This document shows positions 1 to 12,325 of a stretch of DNA of 64,000 nt, in pieces. Within the stretch, counting starts at the first letter, position 1; each line of letters begins with the position of its first letter. The notes beneath the pieces were generated by a model that was not told the DNA's origin, did not search any database, and saw only the letters and a list, made by a program, of their open reading frames with translations. The position numbers were made by a program, and so were the translations under genes. This DNA is from Scyliorhinus canicula. Lineage: Eukaryota. The stretch lies in assembly GCF_902713615.1 (NCBI RefSeq), contig NC_052167.1, positions 3,534,001 to 3,598,000 on the forward strand, read 5' to 3'.

Positions 1-350
1 CGTGATCAGAGGACTGCTCTATAACTTTACAGTAAGAAGTCTTACAACACCAGGTTAAAGACCAACATGTTTGTTTCCGACACTAGCTTTCGGAGCACTG
101 CTCCTTCCTCAGGTGAATTTAGGCATGAGGGCATCGTGCTGCTTAACAGAGATTCATGATAATGTCTTAAACAAAATATTCAGAACCGAAGCAACAACCT
201 TGTTGAAAGATTTAAGTCACATTGAACAGTAAGAAAGCAAAGTTCAAACAGTTTATCGCCAGCGTCCAGGTATCAGGGATGAGATTGCTGCCTTGTGATT
301 ATCTCCATGTTTCTTGGATTTGGGACTTAACTTAGATCAGGTTATCATAG

Positions 351-574
351 GGCAGCACGGTGGCGCAGTGGGTTAGCCCTGCTGTCTCACGGCGCCGAGG
401 TCCCAGGTTCGATCCCGGCTCTGGGTCACTGTCCGTGTGGAGTTTGCACATTCTCCCTGTGTTCGCGTGGGTTTCACCCCCACAACCCAAAGATGTGCAG
501 GGTAGGTGGATTGGCCACGCTAAATTGCCCCTTAATTGGAAAAAATGAATTGGGTACTCTAAATTTAAAAAAAA
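351..574 (+). mobile_element. Short A-tailed tRNA-derived V-SINE subfamily (representative; other copies at ~2881-3104, 4907-5135, 8672-8877, 13685-13895, 21150-21375, 29068-29310, 29702-29929, 49396-49623, 52216-52435, 56692-56912, 62331-62550, 63825-end)
   Basis: Pol III A box (TGGCGCAGTGG) and B box (GGTTCGATCCC), A-tail, and a 17-bp TSD AGATCAGGTTATCATAG. Confidence 0.9.
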
Positions 575-694
575 AGATCAGGTTATCATAGCACATTGGG
601 TTCGAGTGTAGTCCGGATCACCTTCTGTGTAAATGGGGAAACCAAATCCCTGTCTACTGGATTAAACTCCCAAATGTTTCTGGGACCTCAAGAA

Positions 695-912
695 TCACAG
701 TTTGCTCTTCTCAGGAGCTGACAAGGTGTCCTGGAACCTCCAAACTGCACGCAGTCGATCACTCACTTTGTTCAGTCCTTCAAAGGCCGAAGCATCCTTC
801 ACTTGGTCGTAGGCAGAGAGCAGAGGCTGCAGGACGGTGATAGGAAAGCTGAAGTTTAGGTGGGGATAGGTGGCTCCTGCACTGTTGTTTCGGGCATTGC
901 TGGATACAATTC
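695..912 (-). CDS. TYSND1: TYSND1 exon 4 (last coding exon, PTS1 SKL)
   Basis: Translates GIVSSNARNNSAGATYPHLNFSFPITVLQP...APEKSKL-stop. Acceptor catacag at 914/913. Confidence 0.95.
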
Positions 913-3900
913 CTGTATGGAAAGATGATACAGGTTTGATACTGGAGGATACTTCTACGTTCAAATTAACGTGGAACTTGAAAGATGCCAACAATGCAAT
1001 ATCTTGCAAAGTGTGTGGGTGGGGGGGGATGTATGGAGGAGGATGATGCAGCTAAACGGAACAGCAAGGTGTCATTAACCACTTTAACAAAAAAACCTTG
1101 TATTTGTATAGCGCCAAACTAAGCCTCAGGGCGTTCCAAAGCACTTAACAGCCAAGAAAAACTTTCTGAAGTGTGAACGCTGTTGTAATGTAGGAACAAG
1201 GCAGCCAACTCACATACAAGCAGAAATGAACAATGTTACTATCTCTAAAGACTGAGAAGTCTTAAAAAGATATTGGAATTCCAGGGATCCACTGAAAAGA
1301 TCATATGACGAGATTTCAACTTTAAAGACCTTTACCGTAAAAAGCCAACTGAAAATAAACATTAACACTATTTTTATAGATTAAACTATAAAGAAAATTC
1401 CTCGTGTGACATTTAAAAAAAAAAGTTAGAATACCCAATTTATGGTGGCTAGCCCTGCAGCATCACGGCGCCGAAGTCCCAGGTTCGATCCCGGCTCTGG
1501 GTCACTATCCTTGTGGAATTTGCACCTTCTCCCTGTACACTAAATTTAAAAAAAAATACCCAATTCATTTTTTCCAATTAAGGGACAATTTAGCAGCTCT
1601 GGATCACTGTCCGTGTGCAGTTGGCACATTCTCCCCATGTTTGCGTGGGTTTTGCTCCCATAACATAAAGATATGCAGGGTAGGTGGATTGGCCACGCTA
1701 AATTACCTCTTAATTGGAAAAAAATAATTGCATACTCTAAATTTAAAAAAAAGGCCTCTGGCCAGGTGAGCTGGTGCTTTGGGCAGGTTGAGAGGTCAGA
1801 GTGCCATTTTGAAATGGCGCCCCGATCTCTTCCACTTGTCGGAGTTCCTCAGTGCAGGATATGCGTTCCCTGCCAGGGGGCTGAAAGAAAAACAGAGTGT
1901 TGTTAGATAGTGGGGGCGTTCCTGGTGCAAAAACACCATGAACGAGTCCTGGATTTCTTCCCAGAAGGGACCCTGTTTTTTTTTGTTAAATCACACCCAA
2001 TATCTTTCCTTAAATAAGGGGCTATAACTGCTGACTATGCTCCAGATGCAGTCTCACACGTACTTGTTGCAGTTGCAGCGAGACTTCCCGACTCTTAGAC
2101 TGAAAAATAACACCTTATCCAACTCGGTGCTTCCTGCCTATTCGCCAATTCTCTATCAATGCCAATATACTGCCTCCAACACCAAGGGCTCATATCTTAT
2201 TATTTAACCTTTTGTGAGGTACCTTGTCAAGTGTCTTCTGGAAGTCCCAAATACAACACATCTACTGCTTCCCCTCTATCCACTCTGGTTGAGACTTCCT
2301 AAAAAAACTCTAAGAAATGAATCAGACACAATTTCTCTTTCGTGAAGCCACGCTGACTCTGCTTGATTAGATTATGGTTTTCCAAATGTACTGCTATTAC
2401 TTCCTTAATAATTGATTCCATCATTTTTCCAACAATAGATGTTAGGCTAATCGGTCTACAGTAACCCACTTTTTGCCTCCCTCACTTTTTGAATAGGGGT
2501 TTCACATTGGCAGTTTATCAACCCTCCGGTACTTCTCCAGAATCCACTGCTTAATTACTGTCTTTGTTGCTAATCTTTCCACCCCGTCCACTTTAGCTAA
2601 CTCTTACCTCATTTCATTGTAATTCCTTTTATTTATGTTGAACACAGCTGTTTCCGACCCAAGTTCCTCACTCTCAAACTTAATATTAAATTCCATCATG
2701 TTATGCTCACTACTTCCTAGGCGATCTTTTACTCTTGAGGTCATTTATTAAACCTGTGTCATTACCCATTACCAGATCCAGGATAATCTGTACCCTGGTT
2801 GGCTCCATGAGATATTGCTCTAGGAAACTATCCCTAATGTACTCTATGACTTTGTTGTTGTAGCTACCCGTACCAACTTTAAAAAAAATAAATTTAGAGT
2901 ACCCAATTCATTTTTTCCAATTAAGGGGCAATTTAGCATGCCAATCCGCCTACCCTGCACATCTTTGGGTTATGGGGGTGAAACCCACGCAAACACGGGG
3001 AGAATGTGCAAACTCCACACGGACAGCGACCCGGGGCCGAGATTGAACCTGGGTCCTCGGCGCCGTGAGGCAGCAGTGCTAACCACTGCGCCACCGTGCT
3101 GCCTCTTACCCGTACCAACTTGATTAACCCAATCAACATGAAGATCAAAGTCACCATAATTATTGCTCTATTCTTGCCTCACGGCGCCGAGGACCCGGGT
3201 CACTGTCCATGTGGAGTTTGCACATTCTCCCCCGTGCCTGCGTAGGTTTCACCCCCACAACCCAAAAAGATGTGCAGGGTAGGTGAATTGGCCATGCTAA
3301 ATTGCCCCTAAATTGGAAAAAATTGTATTAAAAAAATGAAAAAAAAAATCTTGCCCTTTTCTTTTCCTATTATTTGATGATTTATTCCTTTTCTTACAAC
3401 GTTGCTCCTGTTTATGGGGTCTATAAACCACTCCTACCAATGTAGGATAAATATTGAACAGGACACCAGGAATAACACCCCTGCAATGTTTCAAATAATT
3501 GACTGAAATATATGCTCTACAAACTCTAACCATTAAACAATGGCAGCCAACCTTACCCAGCAACTCTCCGCTGTTCGCTCTGAAAACAGGCCCACCACTG
3601 GCCCCAGCGTGGACTGCACAGGTTGTCTGGAGCATCACAGGCTGGTTGTCCACAGTGATCACAGCAGACAGAACTCCAGCAGTCACCGAAGGCCCACACC
3701 TTTGGCCAAACACCCCGTAGCCAATGACACAGACATCCTCTCCTGTTGGCAAAGAGACACAGCTTCACTGAAGGTGTTGCACAGAATGTACGGCACAGAA
3801 AGAGGCCATTCAACCCAAATGATGGTTCAACCCTTGGGGCTGGTTTAGCACAGCGGGCTAAATAGCTGGCTTGTAATGCAGAACAAGGCAGCAGCGCGGG

Positions 3901-6900
3901 TTCAATTCCCGTAGCGGCCTCCCCGAATAGGCACTGGAATGTGGCGACTAGGGGCTTTTCACTGTAACAATTGAAGCCGACTTGTGACAATAAGCGATTA
4001 TTATGATGATCGTGTACCACCAAAACCCAATTAAACCAATCAGATCATCCTATTCCATACTTGCTTGTGTGTTTAGCAAGTTTTTCCTTAAATGTATCTA
4101 TTCTGTTTACCTCAATCACTCCATGCAGTGGCGGCACAGTAGCACTTGGGTAGGGTCCTCTTTCCAAGGGCCGGTGCAGACTCGATGGGCCGGGTGGCCT
4201 CCTTCTGCACTGTAAATTCTATGAGTTCCACATTCTCATCACTCCTTACATATCTCCTGAAATCCTTATTGAATTTATTAGTCTCTCTCTGTATTTATGA
4301 TGCCAGATTTGGACTTTCCCCACAAATGGAAACATACTCTCTACATTTATCTTATCAATCCCCCTTACATAGTTTTAAAGACTTTTGCCTGGTCACCTCA
4401 CAGCCTTTACCTTGCTAGCGGAAAGAGCCCCGACATGAGGAATTCACCTTGGGACAGTATCGGAGTGGCAGCCTGGTCAGTCAAAATAATTAAATAGCAG
4501 GCAGACAATCTAATACTGTCCAAGAAAAACTTCGAGCCCTCAGTCTGTTCAATCTTTCCTGATGGTTATAAACTCTGGGATCATCCTTGTAAATCTTTTT
4601 TCTACCTACTCCAGTTCATCGTATGTCCTTTTCACAATGCGGAGATCAGAATTGAGTGCTGTCTGACCCAGGTTCGATATACGTTTAACATCATTACTCC
4701 AGTTTTCAATTATGTTCCTCCAGAAGGGAAGCCCTAAACTAGGCTTTGTTTTTACAGCCATGTTCACCCGTGTTGCTACAGATGGTTGGACCGGTTCCCC
4801 CAGACCTCTTTGCTCCTCTGCCCCATTTGGATTCTTATTTCCCCAAGGGGTACATGACCTCTAACAAAATGCACATTGTCACGCTTGTCAATGCTGAAAT
4901 TAATTCGGGGCGGCACAATGGCGCAGCGGTTAGCACTGCTGCCTCTCGGCACCGAGGTCCCAGGTTCGATCCTGGCTCTGGGTCACTGTCCGTGTGGAGT
5001 TTGCACATTCTCCCCGTGTTTGCGTGGGTATCGCCCCCACAACCCAAAAATGCGCAGGGTAGGTGGATTGGCCGCGCTAAATTGCCCCTTAATTGGAAAA
5101 AAAGAATTGGGTACCTTCAATTATATTTTTTTAAATATTGAAATTAATTTGCCACCTAGACATCCATTCTACAAGTTTATTTACAACTAGGGAAATGGGA
5201 AGCATTCTTTTAAATAGTGCTTCAGCGTCTAAAAACTAAAAACCTTTACCCGCAGTGCAGCAGACTGAATATGTGGCAACATAAACAGTGCAAGATCCCG
5301 TCCATCCAGACATGATAAACAAACGTTTACCTGTCTTTATTGCTAATTGCAGAGAAATGTTGCTCGGGAACCTGGCTTTGCACCTGATTCAAACGGCAGC
5401 ACCTGCAACAATGCAGCATTCTCTCAGCACTGGAGTGCTCGCGCCCCGGAGTGGCATTTGAACCCAGGAGCATCTGATGGCGACCAGCTGATAAAGTGAG
5501 GAGCAACACTTCCGCATGGGTTAGCAGGGGTAAAGTCCCCCTCCCCAACAGCTGCAAGGGAACTGAAGCTTCCCGACCTGAACTCGTTTTTCTCGGAGCT
5601 AAGCAAGTTTCTCAGTTTCTATTCCAGGGTCGGCAAGCCCAAGTGTCACTCTTCCATGCCAACATTCGTCTCTGGGCCTCACAATGCACACTGCCCTCCC
5701 TCATTGTCACAGAGGCTCTGACTGCACCACTCAGCTGGGAGTTTAACCTCCCTGTGTTTCCTCTTTCCTGACAGACAGCTTTCACTCAGCCAATAAAACC
5801 CACGTTAGGCGTCAGCTGTGGCTTTGCATTCTCATCTCTTGAAAGTTGTGGGTGTAAGTCCCGGTCCAGGAACTGAGCACAAAAATCAAAGCTGCCACTC
5901 CAGCCCTGTACTGAGAGCCTGTTCCACAATGGGAGGTGCCACCCTAAACCGAGGCTTCTCAGGCGGACGTTCAATGTCCCGTGGCACGTTCTCCCTGGTG
6001 CCCTGATCAATATTCACCCCTCGGACCAAATGGTCTGGTCCTGAATATGTTGGGAGTCTGTGGGCGCTTACTGTGTGTAAACTGGCAGCTGCGTTTCCTA
6101 CAGTCCATATCAACCACAGCCGGGTGGCATGGTAGCACAGTGGGTAGCACTGTGGCTTCACAACACCAGGATCCCAGGTTCGATTCCCGGCTTGGGTCAC
6201 TGTCTGTGCGGAGTCTGCACGTACTCCCCGTGTCTGCGTGGGTTTCCTCCGGGTGCTCCGGTTTCCTCCCACAAGTCCTGAAAGACGTGCTTGTTAGGTG
6301 AATTGAACATTCTGAATTCTCCCTCTGTACCCGAACAGTGTGGCGACTAGGGGCTTTTCACAGTAACTTCACTGCAGTGTCAATGTAAACCTACTTGTGA
6401 CAATAAAGACTATTATTCTGAAAAAAGCTGTGAAGTGTTTTGGTGTGGCCTGAGGCTGTTAAACATATTTCATATAAATTCCAGTCCTTCTTACATTCTT
6501 GTTGCTCTGCGAGTATTTTGCACCTCATAACACAGTTATGGGAGGGAGGCACTCCCGATTGTGAAGTTGGTTTTTGGGGACTGCTGTGCAGTAGTGTTCC
6601 CAGCCTGGAGCATTACTGGCATGTTTACTCAAGGCCATTTTACACAGCTGTGTTTTAATTTGGATTCTGCTGTGTCCGTGACCTGGCTCCTGATACTTAA
6701 ATCCACCTCTTATCCTGGCAGATTATACGGAGACGAGCTATTCATGCTGAGTCTGCAGCTGGGGTTTGTTGGCATTTCTGAACTGAACCTGAACCGTATA
6801 TCTCTACCTGGCACTGGGCGCAAAATCCTCAAAGTGTCTCATTCCTCAACATTAACCTCTCTCTCACCCTGAAAAAAATATATACATTGCAACTTCAGCA

Positions 6901-9900
6901 CAAATACTGTGTTCACCACGTGAAACCTTTCTTTCAAATCAATCAATCTTGCACTCTTCAGAAAAAAACACAATCTGCCCAGTTAATAAATGTAAACTTT
7001 AACCGATAACAAACACTCCCTTGTATAAATGGGTTCTCACACAGTGACGGGGAGATAAGGTTTAACTAAACTCTGCAAGGTGTCTTTGTCCCTCATTCGG
7101 CCCAATGCAATATGACTCTCAACTCTGGCCCGTTTATGCATTCACTCGGGGGGAGTTCCCTGTTTCACAATCAGGTAGTGAGCATATCAACAGTGTAGAC
7201 TGTCTGGGAGAAAGTTAAATGTACCACAGCCAATATGCAGCAGTTTCCATATCAGTACCATTTATAACTGAGCCTGGCTCCTGACTTCTTGTACTAAAAC
7301 CCACTCCATTACCTCAACAGCAGATTCACAGACCCACAAATACTCAGTCTATAAACAAGAACTCATAAAAAAATAAAAGACTCCATAACGCAAAGTAAAA
7401 GGAAATAAATAATCAGCCAGATAGTCATGGCTGTAAAAAAAACCACTCATTTCAAATTGCCAATAAAATGAGACTGTAATGTCATAGAATTTATCATAGA
7501 ATTTACAGTACAGAGGGAGGCCACTCAGCCCATCGCGTTTGCACCAGCCATTGGAAATAGCACCCTAGTTGAGCCCACACCTCCACCCTATCCCCGTAAC
7601 CCAATAATCCACTTAACCTTTTTGGACACCAAAGAGCAATTTATCATGGCCAATCCCCTAACCTGCACATCTTTGTGACTGTGGGAGGAAACCGGAGCAC
7701 CCGGAGGAAACCCACGCAGACACGGGGAGAAATTGCAGAGTCCCAAGTGACCCAAGCCGGGAATCGAACCTGGGACCCTGGAGCTGTGAAGCAACAGTGC
7801 TAACCACTATGCTACTGCGCCGCCCTACAAATAGGTGCTGCCTGTGGATGCTTAAGAACTGAATTTACAGAATATCAAATGCTTGGCCCAAATGTATATA
7901 TTTTTTAACTCTGGCTACTAAATTGTTTTTTTTATGTCAACCTATTTCTTGTCCTTTCCTTACCTGTGCTAAACCCAGATGCAACAGCAGGTGTTTCAAC
8001 AGCCAGCAGGTCTTCTTCCAGTTCCACCACTGCCACGTCATAGGCTGAATTCTCTTTTGTAGCAAACAACACTGTTCCGGTTAATGCAAGGCAGCTGTGG
8101 GGAAACATAGAGAAGAGTTAAATGAAAACTAATTTTCAACCTGTATCAACTTTACCAGTCCAATCACCAGCGAGAGCAGGGGGTGTCTGGATACGTAGCC
8201 TACTCTGAACGGGTTTGGCTGACCTCAGTTAGGCAGCTGTGTTGGTGGATTTGGGATGGGCCGAGTCGGCCAGGGTTTCAGCTCCTGATTCCCCACCCCC
8301 CAGACTCTAAATTGCAGTTGGATTGGACTCTGACGATACTTACTACGGAGGCTCACAAATAAACGACCTTTTGGGCATGGTGTCATATGCCAAATAGGAG
8401 GTAACACCACGAGGAAGGAAGAGGAGAAGAGGAAGACTTAATATCAACCTCAAAAATGTCATTTTGAAACTTTAGAAAGTTGTGTCATAACTTTTGATAT
8501 AACCATTTTGGACAAGTTATTGATGCGATTGAGTCATTTCCACACTAGCCTTATTTATAGTCATTTGAGTAAGGTGTCAGAGGGGAGCTGAGTGCCTGTG
8601 AAACTCTACCCCAGCAAGGAGCCAAAACTCCTGCCTTCACAGTATCTGTTTCTCTAACTCTGTAAATGATTAGGGCAGGATGGTGGCGCAGTGGTTAGCA
8701 CTGCTGCCTCACGGCAGCGAGGACATGGGTTCGATCCCGGCTCCGGGTCACTGTCCGTGTGGAGTTGACACATTCTCCCCGTGTTTGCGTGGGTTTTGCC
8801 CCCACAACCCAAAGATGTGCAGGGTAGGTGGATTGGCCACGCTAAATTGCTCCTTAATTGGAGAAATTAAAAATAAACCTTGTGTTTGCTGACCTCCAAT
8901 GTCTGGCTCCGGGTCTATCAATGCCTTGATTTTTAATTTCTTATCCTTGTATTCAAATCCCTCCGCGGTCTCACCCTTTCCTGGCACTAGAACCACCTAC
9001 AAGTCACCGAGATCTCTGAGCACCACCAATTGTGGCCCCTTGCACATCCTTGATTTCAATCAAACAAGCAATCAGCAACCTGGATCCCAAACTCTGGAAT
9101 TTCCTCCCCAAACCTCTCCTCTTTTACATAGAATTTACAGTGCAGAAGGAGGCCATTTGGCCTATCGAGTCAGCACTGGCTCTTGGAAAGAGCACCCGAC
9201 CCAAGGTCAACACCTCCACCCTATCCCAGTAACCCCACCCAACACTAAGGGCAATTTTGGACACTAAGGGCAATTTAGCATGGCCAATCCACCTAACTTG
9301 CACATCTTTGGACTGTGGGAGGAAACCGGAGCACCCGGAGGAAACCCACGAACACAGGGGGAGAACGTGCAGACTCCGCACAGACAGTGACCCAAGCCGG
9401 AATCGAACCTGGGACCCTGGAGCTGTGAAGCAATTATGCTATCCACAATGCTACCGTGCTGCCCAAGATGTTTTTAAGATGTTCTTAATCTCTGATTAAG
9501 CTATTGGCTGCCTGTCGTACTATCTCCTTACGTGGCTTGCTCTCAAATTTTGTTTGTAATGATTTACTACATTAGAAATGCTGTATAAATGGGAGTATTG
9601 TTGGATAATGAACTACTTTGAAATGTGGTGATTGTAGGTAAACAGCCCATTGTTGGAATTTCACCAATAGACTGCTCTGGATTTTCTGATCATTGTTTTG
9701 AATTTATGGGCAGTATCTCCCAGATTCTGATGCGTGCTCCTCACTGTTGTGGGGCCTTTCCAAAAGTCCTCTTGTGCACTCAAGTGCCGGAGAGACGTTT
9801 GAACCCACAATCTCTGACAATGAAGGAGGTTGCTAATCACGGGCCAAGAAGATGCCAACATTGCAGGAACGACATGTCCGGAGATAACACATATGGAAAA

Positions 9901-11451
9901 GGAGCAGGAGTCGGCCATTCGGCCCCTCGAGCCCACTCTGCCAGACTCTGGCTGCTCTGTTTGAGTTTCTAATTCCACGGCACGGCGGCACAGCGGTTAG
10001 CACCGCTGCTTCACCGCGCCAGGGATCCGGGTTTGATTCCGGCCTTGGGTGACTGTCGGTGTGGAGTTTGCACATTGTCTGCGTGGGTTTCCTCTGGGTG
10101 CTCCGGTTTCCTGCCACAGTCCAAAGATGTGGTTAGGTGGGGTTATGGGGATAGGACGGGGAAGTGGGTCCATGGGTTGGTGCAAACTCGATGGGCTGAA
10201 TGGCCTCTTTCTGCCCTATAGGCATTCTCTAGGTTCCAATCTACCCCCCGATAGCCTTTGAATTTTACAAAACGGTCCGGGTACGCACAGAGGCACCTAC
10301 CTGCCGGAGTGCAAGTGGATCTTCACTTTGACAGTCGATGCTTGGCCGAGCACGTGTCGACATGTCAGAATGAGCCTGGGACTGATAATCACCCCAGACC
10401 CCCAAACTCTACCACACTGCAGAAGAGCAACTGCATCAAGCAGCCGAGTTAAACACTGCCACCCTGGGTTAGCCAGGGGCAGGTGACCAGATACTGGGCA
10501 AAATGGCACCTTCTTGCCACCTCTGTCAAATCCATTCAAAATCCTTCTGACAGCATCGAACATACAGCTAACTGAACACACCAATGTCAGTCCAACCCAC
10601 TCGTTGGCTTTCCAGCAAAGCGGTGCCACGATCAAGCCGGCTAAATAATACCCGTCTTGAGACTTGACATAAACGCCACCTCCTTCAGTCCCGGGCAGGC
10701 AGCGGGCATCGGTCAGAATCATTGCGTTCCTCTCTCCAGCCAGATTGCTCACGATTCCTTTGCTGATGGTGTTCATGAAGATCTCCGGGCAGAAGGAGGA
10801 GAAGGGTGAAGCGCAGCTGAAGAGGGACTGCCCTTTCCTCAAATGTTCGCTCCTCACCGTCCGCAGGGCACTCCCTGCAAGGGCATCACCAGCCCAGCCC
10901 GGGCACCGCAGCAAGGCGAACCAGAGTAATTCCAGGGGCTCGGTCTGGACCTCCTCCTGCCCCCTGTCCTCACTGTGGAAATACCACTTGTCTGACTTGT
11001 CGAATAAGGTTTGGAAAATGTCCTGGAATTCTGGGCAAGGGAAGACCAACAGCATCTCCGCCGGGCAGCCGAGTGCCCACTCCGGACTGGGGGCACTGGA
11101 CCCAAGCTGGGGTGCCAGTGCAGAGCTGGGGGCTAAGGACAGCTGGGGGGGCTTGGCATTGCCCCTGGGGCTATGCCCAGGGAGGTAGACCTGGATCTCC
11201 AGCTGACTATGGAATGCCCCAGGCAGCAGGAAGGGCTGGTCACTCACACCCTGCCGCTGCAGGAAAGGCAGGAAAGGCTGCCCGTGGCACAGCACCAGCC
11301 CCCGCTGGCCATCCAGGAGAAGCCCGCTGCAGCCGCGCTGGGCGAGGGGCAGCGCCGCTGGCAGAGCTGTAGCCCCGCCGCTCGGCCGCTGCCAGCCGGC
11401 AGACACGATGCAGCCCCGGCTCTCCATCGCACAGCGCCGCAAAGCTCCCAT
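695..11451 (-). CDS. TYSND1: TYSND1 peroxisomal leader peptide-processing trypsin-like serine protease; join(11451..10301, 8094..7964, 3742..3557, 912..695), about 561 aa
   Basis: Four exons with GT-AG boundaries and compatible phases total 1686 nt. The catalytic triad motifs are LTCRHVL (His), AYDVAVV (Asp) and HAGASGG (Ser), and the C-terminus is the PTS1 signal SKL. The start codon is ambiguous (in-frame ATGs at 11523, 11451 and 11427). Confidence 0.95.
2110..3470 (-). mobile_element. Old degraded CR1-type LINE fragments interrupted by SINEs
   Basis: The reverse strand retains SQ.GF.K, D.QK..DKVPH and endonuclease-like GVVYRP remnants. Confidence 0.7.
3557..3742 (-). CDS. TYSND1: TYSND1 exon 3 (186 nt, catalytic Ser)
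   Basis: Translates GEDVCVIGYGVFGQRCGPSVTAGVLSA...MLQTTCAVHAGASGGPVFRANSGELLG. Acceptor caacag and donor G|gtaagg. Confidence 0.95.
6123..6415 (+). mobile_element. V-SINE variant with an alternative tail (others at ~37218-37505, 48657-48905, 51535-51810)
   Basis: Same head and V-core, but with tail GTGGCGACTAGGGGCTTTTCACAGTAACTTC...TGTGACAATAAAG. Confidence 0.8.
7964..8094 (-). CDS. TYSND1: TYSND1 exon 2 (131 nt, catalytic Asp)
   Basis: Acceptor ttccccacag and donor CAG|gtaagg. Translates CLALTGTVLFATKENSAYDVAVVELEEDLLAVETPAVASGFST. Too short for the ORF track. Confidence 0.92.
10301..11451 (-). CDS. TYSND1: TYSND1 exon 1 (N-terminal protease-like domain and catalytic His)
   Basis: ORF 10297..11523 contains GCSGLLLD, LTDARCLPGTEGG, PLCWKANEWVGLT and WGSGVIISPRLILTCRHVL. 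Donor CAG|gtaggt at 10301/10300. Confidence 0.95.
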
Positions 11452-11643
11452 TACTAACCCGGAAGCCGATACTTTCCACACCCCACTTGGCAGCAACCGC
11501 GGGTCATTGCTTTTGCATTGCATTTGCTTTAACCACCACTTTCCAACCCTCTAAACCCAGTCTGCACAGAGAGGGCTGTGTGGGTGCCCCGCATGGAGCC
11601 CAGTTAGCACAAAAAGCCCCCTGTCTGTGGCTCACACACACCA

Positions 11644-12325
11644 GCCTCCCCTCCCAATGGCCCTGCTTCCTCCCCTCCCAATGGTCCTGCTTCCTCCCCT
11701 CCCAATGGCCCTGCTTCCTCCCCTCCCAATGGTCCTGCTTCCTCCCCTCCCAATGGTCCTGCTTCCTCCCCTCCCAATGGTCCTGCTTCCTCCCCTCCCA
11801 ATGGTCCTGCTTCCTCCCCTCCCAATGGCCCTGCTTCCTCCCCTCCCAATGGTCCTGCTTCCTCCCCTCCCAATGGTCCTGCTTCCTCCCCTCCCAATGG
11901 TCCTGCTTCCTCCCCTCCCAATGGTCCTGCTTCCTCCCCTCCCAATGGCCCTGCTTCCTCCCCTCCCAATGGTCCTGCTTCCTCCCCTCCCAATGGTCCT
12001 GCTTCCTCCCCTCCCAATGGTCCTGCTTCCTCCCCTCCCAATGGTCCTGCTTCCTCCCCTCCCAATGGCCCTGCTTCCTCCCCTCCCAATGGCCCTGCTT
12101 CCTCCCCTCCCAATGGTCCTGCTTCCTCCCCTCCCAATGGTCCTGCTTCCTCCCCTCCCAATGGTCCTGCTTCCTCCCCTCCCAATGGTCCTGCTTCCTC
12201 CCCTCCCAATGGTCCTGCTTCCTCTCCTCCCAATGGTCCTGCTTCCTCCCCTCCCAATGGTCCTGCTTCCTCCCCTCCCAATGGTCCTGCTTCCTCCCCT
12301 CCCAATGGCCCTGCTTCCTCCCCTC
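11644..12325. repeat. 24-bp minisatellite (CCTCCCCTCCCAATGG[T/C]CCTGCTT), 28 CCAAT-containing copies, upstream of TYSND1
   Basis: Directly visible and nearly perfect units. The T/C variant recurs at a 120-bp higher-order period. Confidence 0.97.

Noticed and set aside
351-430. tRNA genes
   Set aside because: The A/B boxes belong to SINE heads that continue into SINE bodies. No complete cloverleaf stands alone.
360-548. Many similar 60-100 aa ORFs ([28 protein letters not shown])
   Set aside because: These are translations of SINE copies, not a gene family.
11644-12325. CRISPR-like array
   Set aside because: The units are contiguous with no unique spacers, there are no cas genes, and the context is vertebrate. 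The same applies to the repeat at 52944-53267.
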